This document shows positions 30,041-41,866 of a stretch of 64,000 nt of DNA, one piece after another. This DNA is from Ranitomeya imitator (taxonomy: Eukaryota), in contig NC_091285.1 of the NCBI RefSeq assembly GCF_032444005.1, positions 13,020,001-13,084,000 of the forward strand, read 5' to 3'. The notes beneath the pieces were generated by a model that was not told the DNA's origin, made no database searches, and saw only the letters and a program-made list of their open reading frames with translations. Position 1 is the stretch's first letter. The number at the start of each line of letters is the position of its first letter. Position numbers and translations under genes: made by a program.

Positions 30041-31373
30041 AGGATGTTAAAGGCGACAAGCCGATTAACGTGATGGAGGCTTTAGATCAGTCCTCTCTCA
30101 CTGAGCCCATTTTCTCATGAAACGGTCCTGGTGCCCCCTGCCTGGACTGTTCTGCTGGTAATGGATGAGCTGTTAACTTTCAGTGCTCAGCTGCATTTTC
30201 AGTAGTTTCTCATCCTTTTGTGATCAGCGCTCTCTGTACGTCCTGATATTACTCACCTTTCTCTCCCCAGACCGGTGGAGGCTCCTGATCTATGATGAAC
30301 TAAAGATTGATCTATTTCTAGGTCTGAACCTCACATTGTCATTAATGGAGAAAGCGATCACTTGTTTATCGCAGCAGGAGCTACATGAGCAAAGAACCGT
30401 ATGGCTCTATACAGCAATATATGGGTGTCTTGCACTATATGGAGGAATACAGTAGTATAGAACAGTATATGGGGGTATAAGGCTCAATATAAAGGGGGTA
30501 CATCACTATTTTGTGGTATTCAGGAGGGTATATAACAGGGATATACAGTAGGATATGGAAGGTATACATCACTATGGGGTATATTGAATGATATGGTGGG
30601 TATATAGCACTATATGGAGGTATATATATATATATATAGTATATTTCACCTTATAGTATAATCTGGAGGTATGCAGCAGGATATGGAGGGTAAATACTTG
30701 TAAATGGGGAGCATTATTATTACTTTATTGGGGTATACAGTACTACTTGGTTTATACAGCACTGTATTGGGAGTATACAACAATATATGGAGTTAACAGA
30801 ACAAGCGTTTAGGGGTAAAGAGCACTATATGGGGGTTATATGGAGAGTATTTGGCACTCTGAAAATATACAGCACTATATGGGTAGTATACAGCATAAGG
30901 GTATGTTTCCACGGTCAGTGGACGCTGCGTCCAAATGTTACAGCATAGTGGATGGAATTTTATGAAATCCCATCTCCGCTATGCGTGCAGGGACACCCGG
31001 TGCTCAGTCTCCGCAAGATAAATATCACCATCCAATGTATAAGGATGCGGTGATTACACATGGTTCATTGAACACATGCTGAATCGCCGTATGTACAAAA
31101 GCCGGCAGCGCTTTGGATGGAGCTGCATCCAAAGCGCTGGCAATACTGACCGTGGAAACACCTTTACAAGGAGGGGAATAAACATCACTGTGAAAGGTAG
31201 TCATTACTATGGGGATATTAAGCACTAAATAGAAATGTATACTATGGTATATAGCAGTATATTATGAGGATTTACAGATGTATATAGCAGTTTATGGAGT
31301 ATATAGAAACATCTGTAGGGTATACATCAGTAAGGTAATGCAGCGCTATATGGTGAGGATTTACAGATGTATA

Positions 31374-32933
31374 CAGGTCCTTCTCAAAAAATTAGCATAT
31401 AGTGTTAAATTTCATTATTTACCATAATGTAATGATTACAATTAAACTTTCATATATTATAGATTCATTATCCACCAACTGAAATTTGTCAGGTCTTTTA
31501 TTGTTTTAATACTGATGATTTTGGCATACAACTCCTGATAACCCCAAAAACCTGTCTCAATAAATTAGCATATCAAGAAAAGGTTCTCTAAACGACCTAT
31601 TACCCTAATCTTCTGAATCAACTAATTAACTCTAAACACATGCAAAAGATACCTGAGGCTTATATAAACTCCCTGCCGGGTTCATTACTCAAAACCCCCA
31701 TCATGGGTAAGACTAGCGACCTGACAGATGTCAAGAAGGCCATCATTGACACCCTCAAGCAAGAGGGTAAGACCCAGAAAGAAATTTCTCAACAAATAGG
31801 CTGTTCCCAGAGTGCTGTATCAAGGCACCTCAATGGTAAGTCTGTTGGAAGGAAACAATGTGGCAGAAAACGCTGTACAACGAGAAGAGGAGACCGGACC
31901 CTGAGGAAGATTGTGGAGAAGGACCGATTCCAGACCTTGGGGAACCTGAGGAAGCAGTGGACTGAGTCTGGTGTGGAAACATCCAGAGCCACCGTGCACA
32001 GGCGTGTGCAGGAAATGGGCTACAGGTGCCGCATTCCCCAGGTAAAGCCACTATTGAACCATAAACAGCGGCAGAGGCGCCTGACCTGGGCTACAGAGAA
32101 GCAGCACTGGACTGTTGCTAAGTGGTCCCAAGTACTTTTTTCTGATGAAAGCAAATTTTGCATGTCATTCGGAAATCAAGGTGCCAGAGTCTGGAGGAAG
32201 ACTGGGGAGAAGGAAATGCCAAAATGCCTGAAGTCCAGTGTCAAGTACCCACAGTCAGTGATGGTGTGGGGTGCCATGTCAGCTGCTGGTGTTGGTCCAC
32301 TGTGTTTCATCAAGGGCAGGGTCAATGCTTTATGGTGATGAAGATTTCATTTTTTCAGCACGACCTGGCACCTGCTCACAGTGCCAAAACCACTGGTAAA
32401 TGGTTTACTGACCATGGTATTACTGTGCTCAATTGGCCTGCCAACTCTCCTGACCTGAACCCCATAGAGAATCTGTGGGATATTGTGAAGAGAAAGTTGA
32501 GAGACGCAAGACCCAACACTCTGGATGAGCTTAAGGCCGCTATTGAAGCATCCTGGGCCTCTATAACATCTCAGCAGTGTCACAGGCTGATTGCCTCCAT
32601 GCCACGCCGCATTGAAGCAGTCATTTCTGCCAAAGGATTCCCGACCAAGTATTGAGTGCATAACTGAACATTATTATTTGATGGTTTTTTTGTTTGTTAT
32701 TAAAAAACACTTTTATTTGATTGGATGGGTGAAATATGCTAATTTATTGAGACAGGTTTTTTGGGTTATCAGGAGTTGTATGCCAAAATCATCAGTATTA
32801 AAACAATAAAAGACCTGACAAATTTCAGTTGGTGGATAATGAATCTATAATATATGAAAGTTTAATTATAATCATTACATTATGGTAAATAATGAAATTT
32901 AACACTATATGCTAATTTTTTGAGAAGGACCTG
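31374..32933 (+). mobile_element. Full-length Tc1-family transposon (1560 bp)
   Basis: ~200-bp near-perfect TIRs starting CAGGTCCTTCTC, TA TSD on both sides. Confidence 0.95.
31703..32655 (+). pseudogene. Tc1 DD34E transposase, disrupted
   Basis: HTH region, FSDES, QHD-x34-E (SPDLNPIEN); internal deletion near 32329 and an extra T at 32350-32355. Confidence 0.92.
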
Positions 32934-33389
32934 TATGTTGGTGTACAGAAGTATGAGGGGCATATACACCACTATATGAGGGTATATAGCATTATATGGG
33001 GGGGATACACAGGGTATAAAGTACTATATTGTTGTATACTCTAGACTGTGAGCCCTCGCGGGCAGGGTCCTCCCTCCTTATGTACTCGTGTGCCTTGTTA
33101 TCTGCTCATGTTTAATGTATTTGTCTATATTTGCCCTGTATTCACATGTAAAGCGCCATGGAATAAATGGCGCTATAAAAATGTATAATAATAATAATAA
33201 TAAAATATGGAGGTTATTTAGCACTATATGGGGTATATATGGGGTCAGAAGGATAAGGATGGTACATAGCACTATATGATGGTATACAGCAGGATATGGA
33301 GAGTATGTAGTACGATATATAGTCTGCAGCGTGCATCATAGAAGTGTGAGCTATGAATTAATCCAGAATTTAATATGATGTATACGGTC

Positions 33390-34790
33390 TGTTCCCTGCC
33401 ATCATTCCACTCTAATCAGTGTGTCCATTTATCTATTCCTTCTACAGGTATGTGACCTATCTTTCCACACTGACTTTTCCTACCTCTGCTACTTGCAACC
33501 ACTTGGTACGTGACCCAACTTGCTATGCTTTTCAACTAACCCCTGCCATACCCTCAATATTATTTATGACCTTGTTTACTGTGCCATGATCATCCTGCAT
33601 CAGGCTCACTCTTAATTATCTGACCAAGATGAGCACAGACCTCTCCCCTCTGTTTCACACCTGAATGCACTTTCTACCAAATATATTGCAAACAATATGT
33701 CTGCCCAGTGCACCATACGTGTGGAGCTATGAATTAATCCAGAATTGAACTAGAAAGGAACTGAAGGCAACTGGATACATAGTCATTGTAAACAATGTTT
33801 TTCTTTTCACTCTCACCCTTACCCCTATAATCCTTCACTTTCTACTAACCCCCTAATCCCTACATCTAGTAAGGAACTAGTCAGCTCTCCATTCATTCTC
33901 CCTATCCATCTCACCAGTTCCTCAACATACAATCCTCTGTCTCCAAACACAGCCCTCTCCTGCTCACTGCCGGTGATATTTCTCCAAATCCTGGTCCTTG
34001 TCACCACAACCCCACAGTCACCTCCCTAACCTTATACTCTTCAACTTAAAGTAAATGGCTGCTCACTCTCCCCAGTCCCACAAGCTCGCTGCTTCAGGGT
34101 AATCCTTAACTTTGATCTCTCCTTCAAACCACATATCCAAGCCCTTTCCACTTCCTGCCGACTTCAACTCAAAAATATTTCCCAGATCTGTACATACCTC
34201 AATCAAGAATCTGCAAAAACCCTAGTCCATGCCCCCATCATCTCCCGCCTTGGCTACTGCAACCTCTTACTTTGTGTTCTCCCTTCAAACACTCTCCTGC
34301 CCCTTCAATCTATTCTAAACTCTCTTGCCTGACTAATCCACTTATACCCCCGCTATTCCTTGGCCTCTCCCCTCTGTCAATCCCTTCACTGGCCCCCCCA
34401 TTACCCAGAGACTCCATTTCAAAACCCTAACCATAGCATACAAAGCCATCCACAACCTGTCTCCTTGTCTCCCAGTACTTACCTGCATGCAACCTCAGAT
34501 CCTCACAAGATCTCCTTCTCTACTCCCCTGTTCCAACAATCGTATACAAGATTTCTCCACGCATCCCCCTTACTCGGGTATTCTCTACTCCAACATATCA
34601 GATTCTTGCCTACCGTGGAAACATTCAAAAGGAACTTGAATATTACCTCTTCCCACAAGCCTGCAACCTGCAGTAACCACCGATCCACTACATGACCAGC
34701 TCTGCCCTCACCTATCCCTTTGTAGATTGTGGGCCCTCGCTCCTCCTGTACCAGTCGTGACGTTTATTAAGATTATTGTACTTTTTATTA
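33390..34790 (+). mobile_element. L2 LINE remnant
   Basis: Degenerate RT C-terminus (LSFKPHIQALSTSCRLQLKNIS, KTLVHA, IISRL.YCN) and 3' UTR. Confidence 0.75.
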
Positions 34791-34984
34791 TCCATACCCC
34801 TTTGCTCCCCTGACCAGTGATTTCTCTGTCTCACAGTCATTAATAGTGTTGAGCATTCCGATACCGCAAGTATCGGGTATCGGCCGATATTTGCGGTATC
34901 GGAATTCCGATACTGAATTCCGATACTTCCCGCGTATCGGATACCGGAATCGGAAGTTCCCAGAATTCAAATTGAACGCAGCAG

Positions 34985-35114
34985 CCAATGAGGAATGAAT
35001 GAAAGTGTGGGCACATCCTGTTTAGCATGGTGGGCATGTAAGTACTGGCAAGGCTGGGATTGGCTGCTGAAATGATGTCACTCTGCACTATAAAAAAGCG
35101 CTGCCGCCATTTTG
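34985..35114 (+). promoter_or_regulatory. Candidate Pol II promoter in the hAT left end
   Basis: CCAAT 34985, ATTGG 35059, TATAAAA 35089, YY1-like GCCGCCATTTTG 35103. Confidence 0.5.
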
Positions 35115-35329
35115 CGCTCACTCTGCTGTGATTTCAGTTAGGGACAGGACGCTGTGTTCTAACTGAGGGCCAGTCGAGCTAGCTAATTGCTTTATTTTCC
35201 TTTCCAAAGGCTAATTTAGCAAAACGCTGTGTGTTCTTCACTGTTCACCTTGCTCTTGCCTTGCAGCGCTGTTTTAACAGCGTTCTGCAAGGTCTCTGTG
35301 TGTGTGTGTGTGTGTGTGCAGCTCACTCT

Positions 35330-36610
35330 GTAGTCTGTGTGCAGCCATATACCCGGTTGTATTCAGCTCAGGGGGGGTTCACACTGCCTCACACAGTTGT
35401 TCTTTTTTGCTCTTAGTGCAGCCTGCTGCACATTTTTTCTCAAATTTCCTATTAGTGTTTTTCCACCAGTCTCCAGCTCTATTGTGGAAAAACACTACAT
35501 AGGATAACCTAGAGGGGGGTTTTTGGGCCTTGCAGCGCCGTTTACGGCTGTCTGCACGGTCTCCGTGTGAGCCCAGCTCGCCCTGTAGTCTGTGTGCAGC
35601 CATAGCCGGTTGGATTCAGCTCAGGGTTCGTTACTGGCTCATACCTTGAGAAAAATTTTCCTTTTTTTCAAATAGTGCAGCCTGTTTAAAATTTGAAAAA
35701 AAAAATTCCTATTAGTGTCTTTCCACTCGTATCCAGCTAAATAGTGGAAAAACACTATATAGGATAACCTAGAGGAGGGTTTTTTGGCCTTGCAGCGCCG
35801 TTTACGGCTGTCTGCACGGTCTCCGTGTGAGCCCAGCTCGCCCTGTAGTCTGTGTGCAGCCATAGCCGGTTGGATTCAGCTCAGGGTTCGTTACTGGCTC
35901 ATACCTTGAGAAAAATTTTCCTTTTTTTCAAATAGTGCAGCCTGTTTAAAATCTGAAAAAAAAAATTCCTATTAGTGTCTTTCCACTCGTATCCAGCTAA
36001 ATAGTGGAAAAACACTATATAGGATAACCGAGAGGAGGGTTTTTTGGCCTTGCAGCGCCGTTTACGGCTGTCTGCACGGTCTCCGTGTGAGCCCAGCTCG
36101 CCCTGTAGTCTGTGTGCAGCCATAGCCGGTTGGATTCAGCTCAGGGTTCGTTACTGGCTCATACCTTGAGAAAAATTTTCCTTTTTTTCAAATAGTGCAG
36201 CCTGTTTAAAATTTGAAAAAAAAAATTCCTATTAGTGTCTTTCCACTCGTATCCAGCTAAATAGTGGAAAAACACTATATAGGATAACCTAGAGGAGGGT
36301 TTTTTGGCCTTGCAGCGCCGTTTACGGCTGTCTGCACGGTCTCTGTGTGAGCGCAGCTCGCCCTGTAGTCTGTGTGCAGCCATAGCCGGTTGGATTCAGC
36401 TCAGGGTGCGTTACTGCCTCATACCTTGAAAAACAATTTCCTTTTTTTCAAATAGTGCAGCCAGTTTAAAATTTGAAAAAAAAAATTCCTATTAGTGTCT
36501 TTCCACTCGTATCCAGCTAAATAGTGGAAAAACACTATATAGGATAACCGAGAGGAGGGTTTCTTGGCCTTGCAGCGCCGTTTACGGCTGTCTGCACGGT
36601 CTCCGTGTGA
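35330..36610. repeat. 260-bp tandem array (about 5 units) upstream of the transposase
   Basis: AGGATAACC at 35501, 35761, 36021, 36281, 36541. Confidence 0.95.
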
Positions 36611-36822
36611 TTTAAACTAGCTCTGTAGCCCGATCTGCACCAAAAAAAAGGTTAAGTTCACCAAACACAACTTACACTTGTGTAGGCCACATTTGAAAAA
36701 TAATAAAGTTTAGTCCACAATTTACAACATTAGTGTTTCTTACACCTGTTAGGAGGAGCATTACAGGAATAAGCACACTAAGGCCTTAGTACTTTTCTGC
36801 TTATCTTTATCTGTCAACCAAG

Positions 36823-39800
36823 ATGAAGAGGGCAGGGAGTAAGGCACGTGGGCGTGGGCGCGGAGCAGGGAGAGGAGCAGGGAGAGGACGTGGTGATTCT
36901 GTGCCTGCTGCGGGCGCCGGTGACTCGTCGTCACTCAGTTTCAGCAGGGAACAGTCCTTCATGCGCAGCTTTGTCGGAGAGCGCCGTGCACCGCTGCTGC
37001 GTGAAGACCAAATTGAAGCCGTTGTCGGGTGGATGGCAGCTAACGCCTCGGCATCGACTTCAGTTAGTGCCACATCCTCTCAGGCACAGAGCACTGGAGA
37101 GCAGCCATCTGTCTCTTCACCACCTGCCAAATTGGCCAGGCAGTCAGAGAGCCCAGGACAGGAGCCGTCTCTACTTCTGTTCTCTGAATCTCTTGGCTTG
37201 GAAACAGGGGGCCAGCCAAGCAGCATTGGAGAAATGGAAGAAGAGGCAGTGTGCAGTGATGCCCAACACCTTTTTCTCTCTGACTCTGAAGAGGCAGGTG
37301 GGCCAGTGCCTCCGGTGACCACAGCGCAGTACGCATCTGATGATGAAACTCAGGTGCCGCTTTCTCGTGCGTACTGTGCTGCTGAGACTACCCAGGAGGA
37401 GCAGTTGGTGGCAGAGGGTAGTGGAGATGATGAGGTCCTTGACCCATCGTGGCGTGAGGAACAGGAAGGTGGTGGGAGCAGCTCAGAGGAAGAGCTTCCT
37501 CTTACGGGCCAAAGAGGGAGAGGGAGGGGGAAGACTGCGGAGCCTGTAGCCTCCACTTTGGCACCCGTTAGGAGCCTGTCTCTTTCCAAAGCCAAAAAGG
37601 GCGCTCCCAAGACTTGCAGTGCCTGGTCCTTTTTTGACACAGTTGCAGATGACATTTGTTTTGTCAAATGCAAGCTGTGTCATCATAAAGTAAAAAGAGG
37701 GAAAAATGTCAGCAACCTCAATACCACAAATATGTGGAAACATGTGCGGACCAGGCACGCGGTGGAGTTACAGAAACACACTGAAGATGTAGGCCAACCA
37801 ACAGCGGCAGCTACCACCTCTTCAGCTCGTGTTGCCTCTTCCTCCAGCTCACGCACAGCTGGTTTGGCTTCCTCCCAGAGACCTTGTGTAATTCCACCCA
37901 CAGCACCACCTTCCCAGTCATCCTCACACTCCCAGTCTACTCTACAGCCATCGGTAGTACAGGCATGGGAGAAAAGGCGGGCATTCTCGGCCAACCACCC
38001 CCGAGCACAGGCTCTGAATGCAGGCATTGCCAAACTGTTGTCCCTGGAAATGCTCTCGTTCAGGCTGGTGGAGACTGACAGCTTCCGTGACTTGATGGCA
38101 TTGGCAGTCCCACAGTACAAGGTGCCCAGCCGCTTTTACTTCAGCAGGCAGGCTGTCCCTGCCCTGCACAGGCATGTTGAGGCAAACATAAAACATGCGC
38201 TACTGAACGCCGTCAGTAGCAAGGTCCACCTCACCACCGATGCGTGGACCAGTCAGCATGGACAGGGGCGATATGTTTCCCTCACTGCCCATTGGGTTAA
38301 TGTTGTTGAGCCAGGTACAGATCGTGCGAGTGGCGCAGGACGTGTCCTGCCCACTCCAAGGATTGCAGGAATCCAGTCTGTACGCATCGACTCCTCCTCT
38401 TACACCAGTTCCTCTGATTCCTCTCTGCAGGATCCGTCACAGTCCACCCCCACATGGACCCGTGAACGTTTACCTATGACCGACATGAGCACAGCCGTGG
38501 CCAAACGTCAGCAGGCCGTCTTGAAACTAGTTTCATTGGGGCATCGAAGCCACACAGCGCAGGAGCTCTGGAATGCTATAAAGCAGGAGAGCGATGTGTG
38601 GTTACTGCCAGCGAATCTCCAGCCAGGCATGGTAGTGTGTGACAATGGCCGAAATCTGGTGGCAGCTTTGGCCCTTGGCAACCTCACTCACATCCCATGT
38701 CTGGCACATGTGCTCAATTTGGTTGTGCAGAGTTTTCTGAGGGACTATCCGGATCTTGATGCCCTGCTGCACAAGGTCCGCCTAGAGTGTGCTCACTTGC
38801 GGCGTTCCAGCTTGGCCAGATCCCGCATTGCTGCTCTGCAGCGCCGATTCCGCCTTCCGGAACACCGCATCATATGTGACCTACCTACCCGGTGGAATTC
38901 CACGTTACATATGTTGGAGCGGTTGTGTGAGCAGCAGCAAGCAGTTATGGAGTACCAGCTGCATCAGGCGCAAAGAAGTCGCAGTCAGCGCCGATCAGAC
39001 TTCACAACCACAGAGTGGGCCACTATGAAGGACGTCTGCCAGGTTTTGCGTCCTTTTGATTATTCCACGCGGATGGCAAGTGCAGATGATGCACTAGTCA
39101 GCATGACTGTCCCCCTTATCTGCCTGCTTCAGCAAACTTTGCAAGGGTTAAGGGATGATGTGGTGGAAGAGGTGGAGGATGAGGAGTCACCTTTTCCATC
39201 AGCTTCTGGAGAGTCAGCGCCACGTGGTTCCTCACAAAGGGGTACGCAGGGGCCAATTTGTGAGGAGGATGAGGAGGAGTCAATGGAGGAGGAAGAGCTC
39301 CGTCCAAAGGAGGGAGCGACACAATTGTCCAGTGGTCAGTGTGTACAGCGAGGGTGGGGTGATGACGAGCGGGCAGAGATCATGTCTCAAGCAGGGGACA
39401 GCGTTTCTGGGCCGGTTGGCACTCTGCAGCACATGGTGGATTTCATGCTGCAGTGCCTGAGAAACGACCGCCGCATCGACCACATTCTCAACATGCCTGA
39501 TTATTGGGTGTTCACCCTCCTCGATCCTCGCTACCGGGACAACGTCCAAAACCTCATCCCTGCGTTGACCCGGGAGCGTAAATTGCGGGAGTACCACGAC
39601 ACACTGGTGAATTCCATCATCTTCTCCTGTCCAACTGAGAGGAGTGCTGCTAGTGCTTTACAAAGCAGCTCAGTGCGTCGAGGCAGTGGGGGAGGCTCTG
39701 CCCAAAGAGGGAGCAGAAGCAGTGCCTCTGCCCAAGGCAAGCCCAGTATGGCACAACTCTGGCACACTTTTGTGTGCCCGCCCCAAATGTCTACACCATC

Positions 39801-40131
39801 ACCGGCGGCTCCAGTCAGCAGGAGGCAACGGTTCCGTCAGATGGTGACAGACTACATGGCTTGCCCTCTTACTGTACTCCCAGACGGCTCTTCCCCGTTC
39901 AAGTTTTGGGTCTCTAAGCTGGATACATGGCCAGAGCTAAGCCAGTATGCATTGGAGGTGCTGGCTTGCCCTGCGGCTAGTGTCTTATCGGAACGTGTCT
40001 TTAGTGCCGCAGGTGGTGTACTAACAGACCGTCGCATGCGACTATCCTCCGATAACGTTGACCGGCTTACTTTCCTGAAAATGAACCAGGCCTGGATCTC
40101 GCAGGAATTTGCCACTCCTCTGCCTGATTAA
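36823..40131 (+). CDS. hAT transposase (ZBED-like), 1102 aa, intact
   Basis: BED finger W..CKLC..HVRTRH; TTDAW (D), CDNG (D), CLAH, TRWNS, SERVFS (E) in hATC domain; no stops. Confidence 0.95.
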   Translation: MKRAGSKARGRGRGAGRGAGRGRGDSVPAAGAGDSSSLSFSREQSFMRSFVGERRAPLLREDQIEAVVGWMAANASASTSVSATSSQAQSTGEQPSVSSPPAKLARQSESPGQEPSLLLFSESLGLETGGQPSSIGEMEEEAVCSDAQHLFLSDSEEAGGPVPPVTTAQYASDDETQVPLSRAYCAAETTQEEQLVAEGSGDDEVLDPSWREEQEGGGSSSEEELPLTGQRGRGRGKTAEPVASTLAPVRSLSLSKAKKGAPKTCSAWSFFDTVADDICFVKCKLCHHKVKRGKNVSNLNTTNMWKHVRTRHAVELQKHTEDVGQPTAAATTSSARVASSSSSRTAGLASSQRPCVIPPTAPPSQSSSHSQSTLQPSVVQAWEKRRAFSANHPRAQALNAGIAKLLSLEMLSFRLVETDSFRDLMALAVPQYKVPSRFYFSRQAVPALHRHVEANIKHALLNAVSSKVHLTTDAWTSQHGQGRYVSLTAHWVNVVEPGTDRASGAGRVLPTPRIAGIQSVRIDSSSYTSSSDSSLQDPSQSTPTWTRERLPMTDMSTAVAKRQQAVLKLVSLGHRSHTAQELWNAIKQESDVWLLPANLQPGMVVCDNGRNLVAALALGNLTHIPCLAHVLNLVVQSFLRDYPDLDALLHKVRLECAHLRRSSLARSRIAALQRRFRLPEHRIICDLPTRWNSTLHMLERLCEQQQAVMEYQLHQAQRSRSQRRSDFTTTEWATMKDVCQVLRPFDYSTRMASADDALVSMTVPLICLLQQTLQGLRDDVVEEVEDEESPFPSASGESAPRGSSQRGTQGPICEEDEEESMEEEELRPKEGATQLSSGQCVQRGWGDDERAEIMSQAGDSVSGPVGTLQHMVDFMLQCLRNDRRIDHILNMPDYWVFTLLDPRYRDNVQNLIPALTRERKLREYHDTLVNSIIFSCPTERSAASALQSSSVRRGSGGGSAQRGSRSSASAQGKPSMAQLWHTFVCPPQMSTPSPAAPVSRRQRFRQMVTDYMACPLTVLPDGSSPFKFWVSKLDTWPELSQYALEVLACPAASVLSERVFSAAGGVLTDRRMRLSSDNVDRLTFLKMNQAWISQEFATPLPD

Positions 40132-40352
40132 GTAATTGGGTGTCATCCAGGTCTCCTGCTGTGTTCATCTTTCTACCACCTGAACTGCTATTCCTGGGCT
40201 CCAACACCGCCAGTTGCGGCTCAGAAGTGCAGGCTGCACAGTAAAAACATACGACCCAGTGTTATTGGGTTTCAGTAACGTCAGCTGATCCCCAGCTGTG
40301 TAGCCGGCAATGTGTCCTGCGACCGCCACGCTGGCACAACAACCTAAATGTA

Positions 40353-41366
40353 AGGGAACCTGTCCCCCCCCCCCCCCGTCGTTTGTTACTGAAAGAGCCA
40401 TCTTGTGCAGCAGTAATGCTGCACAAGGAAAAGGTAGCTCTTTTTTTTTAGCTCTTTGCACACGCAGAACTTAACACTTATAAAATGTGTTCACTGATAC
40501 CGTTATACCGTCCCGGAGCTGGGACTTTCCTTCGTAATGTGACGCAGCACAGCCGTCATTCCTACCCCCTTGGTGCCATGCGCTGCCTCCTCAGCGTTGT
40601 TTTAAGCTGTCACGGAGCCTGCGCTGTTCTGTTATCCCTTGGGCATGCCCTATTTGCGCTGCCTGTCTTCTGACATAATTTGGTGTCAGGCTGGCTGCGC
40701 CTGTGCGGCCGCGGTGCCCGAGATCCCGCCTCGCAGTGTCTTCTGATTGAGTCACACTGCGGGCCTGGGATCCATGGGCATGCGCAGTGCATATCTTCCC
40801 CTCGGGCTCTCGCTCATTTCCCTCCGCCTTCTTTAGACTGTGCGCCGTCAGCTGATCCCTAGCATGCCACGGCCGTGACACCGCACAGTCTGAAGAAGAG
40901 GGAAGGAGGGGAGTGAGAGTCGAGGTTATGCACTGTGCATGCCCATGGTTCCAAGGCCCGCAGTGGGATTACGTTAGATGAGACTGCGAGGTGGGATCTG
41001 GAGCAGCGTGGACGCACAGGCACTGACAGCCTGACACCAAATTATGTCAGAAGACAGGCAGCGCTAATTGGGCATGGCCAAGGGCTAACAGAACAGCGCA
41101 GGCTCCGTGGCAGCTTAAAACAACGCTGAGGAGGCAGCGCACGGCATCAAGGGGATAGGAATGACAGCTGTGCTGTGTCCCATTACGAAGGAAATTCGCA
41201 CCTCCGGAACGGTTTAACGGTATAAAGGGACACATTTTTAGTGTTTACTTCGGTGTTTGCAAGGAGCATAATTAAAAGAGCAACCTTTTCCTTTTGCATC
41301 CTTAGTGCTGCACAACATGGCTCTTTCAGCTACAAACGTCTTGGGGGGGGGGGTTAAAGGTTTCCT
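40353..41366. mobile_element. ~1-kb palindromic Kolobok/T2-like MITE inside the hAT (copy 1 of 7)
   Basis: AGGGAACCTGTCCCCC...GGGGTTAAAGGTTTCCT; arms of ~480 bp around ~40860; left end resembles 12613. Confidence 0.75.
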
Positions 41367-41399
41367 TTCAACTTGCTCCAATCAGGCTTCGGCCTACAC

Positions 41400-41830
41400 T
41401 CTGTTCCTCTGCTCCTCCTGCTGTCCCTGGGCTCTAACACCGCCAGTTGGTGCCTGGAAGTGCTGTGTGCACAGTCAACAGTCGCTCCTCTGTTATTGGG
41501 GTTCAGTAACGTCAGCTGATCCCCAGCTGTGTGTGCGGCAATACCTCCAATCTGCTCCTCCTGCTGTCCCTGGGCTCTAACACCGCCAGTTGGTGCCTGG
41601 AAGTGCTGTGTGCACAGTCAACAGTCGCTCCTCTGTTATTGGGGTTCAGTAACGTCAGCTGATCCCCAGCTGTGTGTGCGGCAATACCTCCAATCTGCTC
41701 CTCCTGCTGTCCCTGGGCTCTAACACCGCCAGTTGGTGCCTGGAAGTGCTGTGTGCACAGTCAACAGTCGCTCCTCTGTTATTGGGGTTCAGTAACGTCA
41801 GCTGATCCCCAGCTGTGTATCCGGCAACGT
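41400..41830. repeat. 143-bp tandem repeat x3
   Basis: GCTCCTCCTG at 41411, 41554, 41697. Confidence 0.95.
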
Positions 41831-41866
41831 GTCATGCGACCGCCACGCTGGCACAACTAAAATGTA

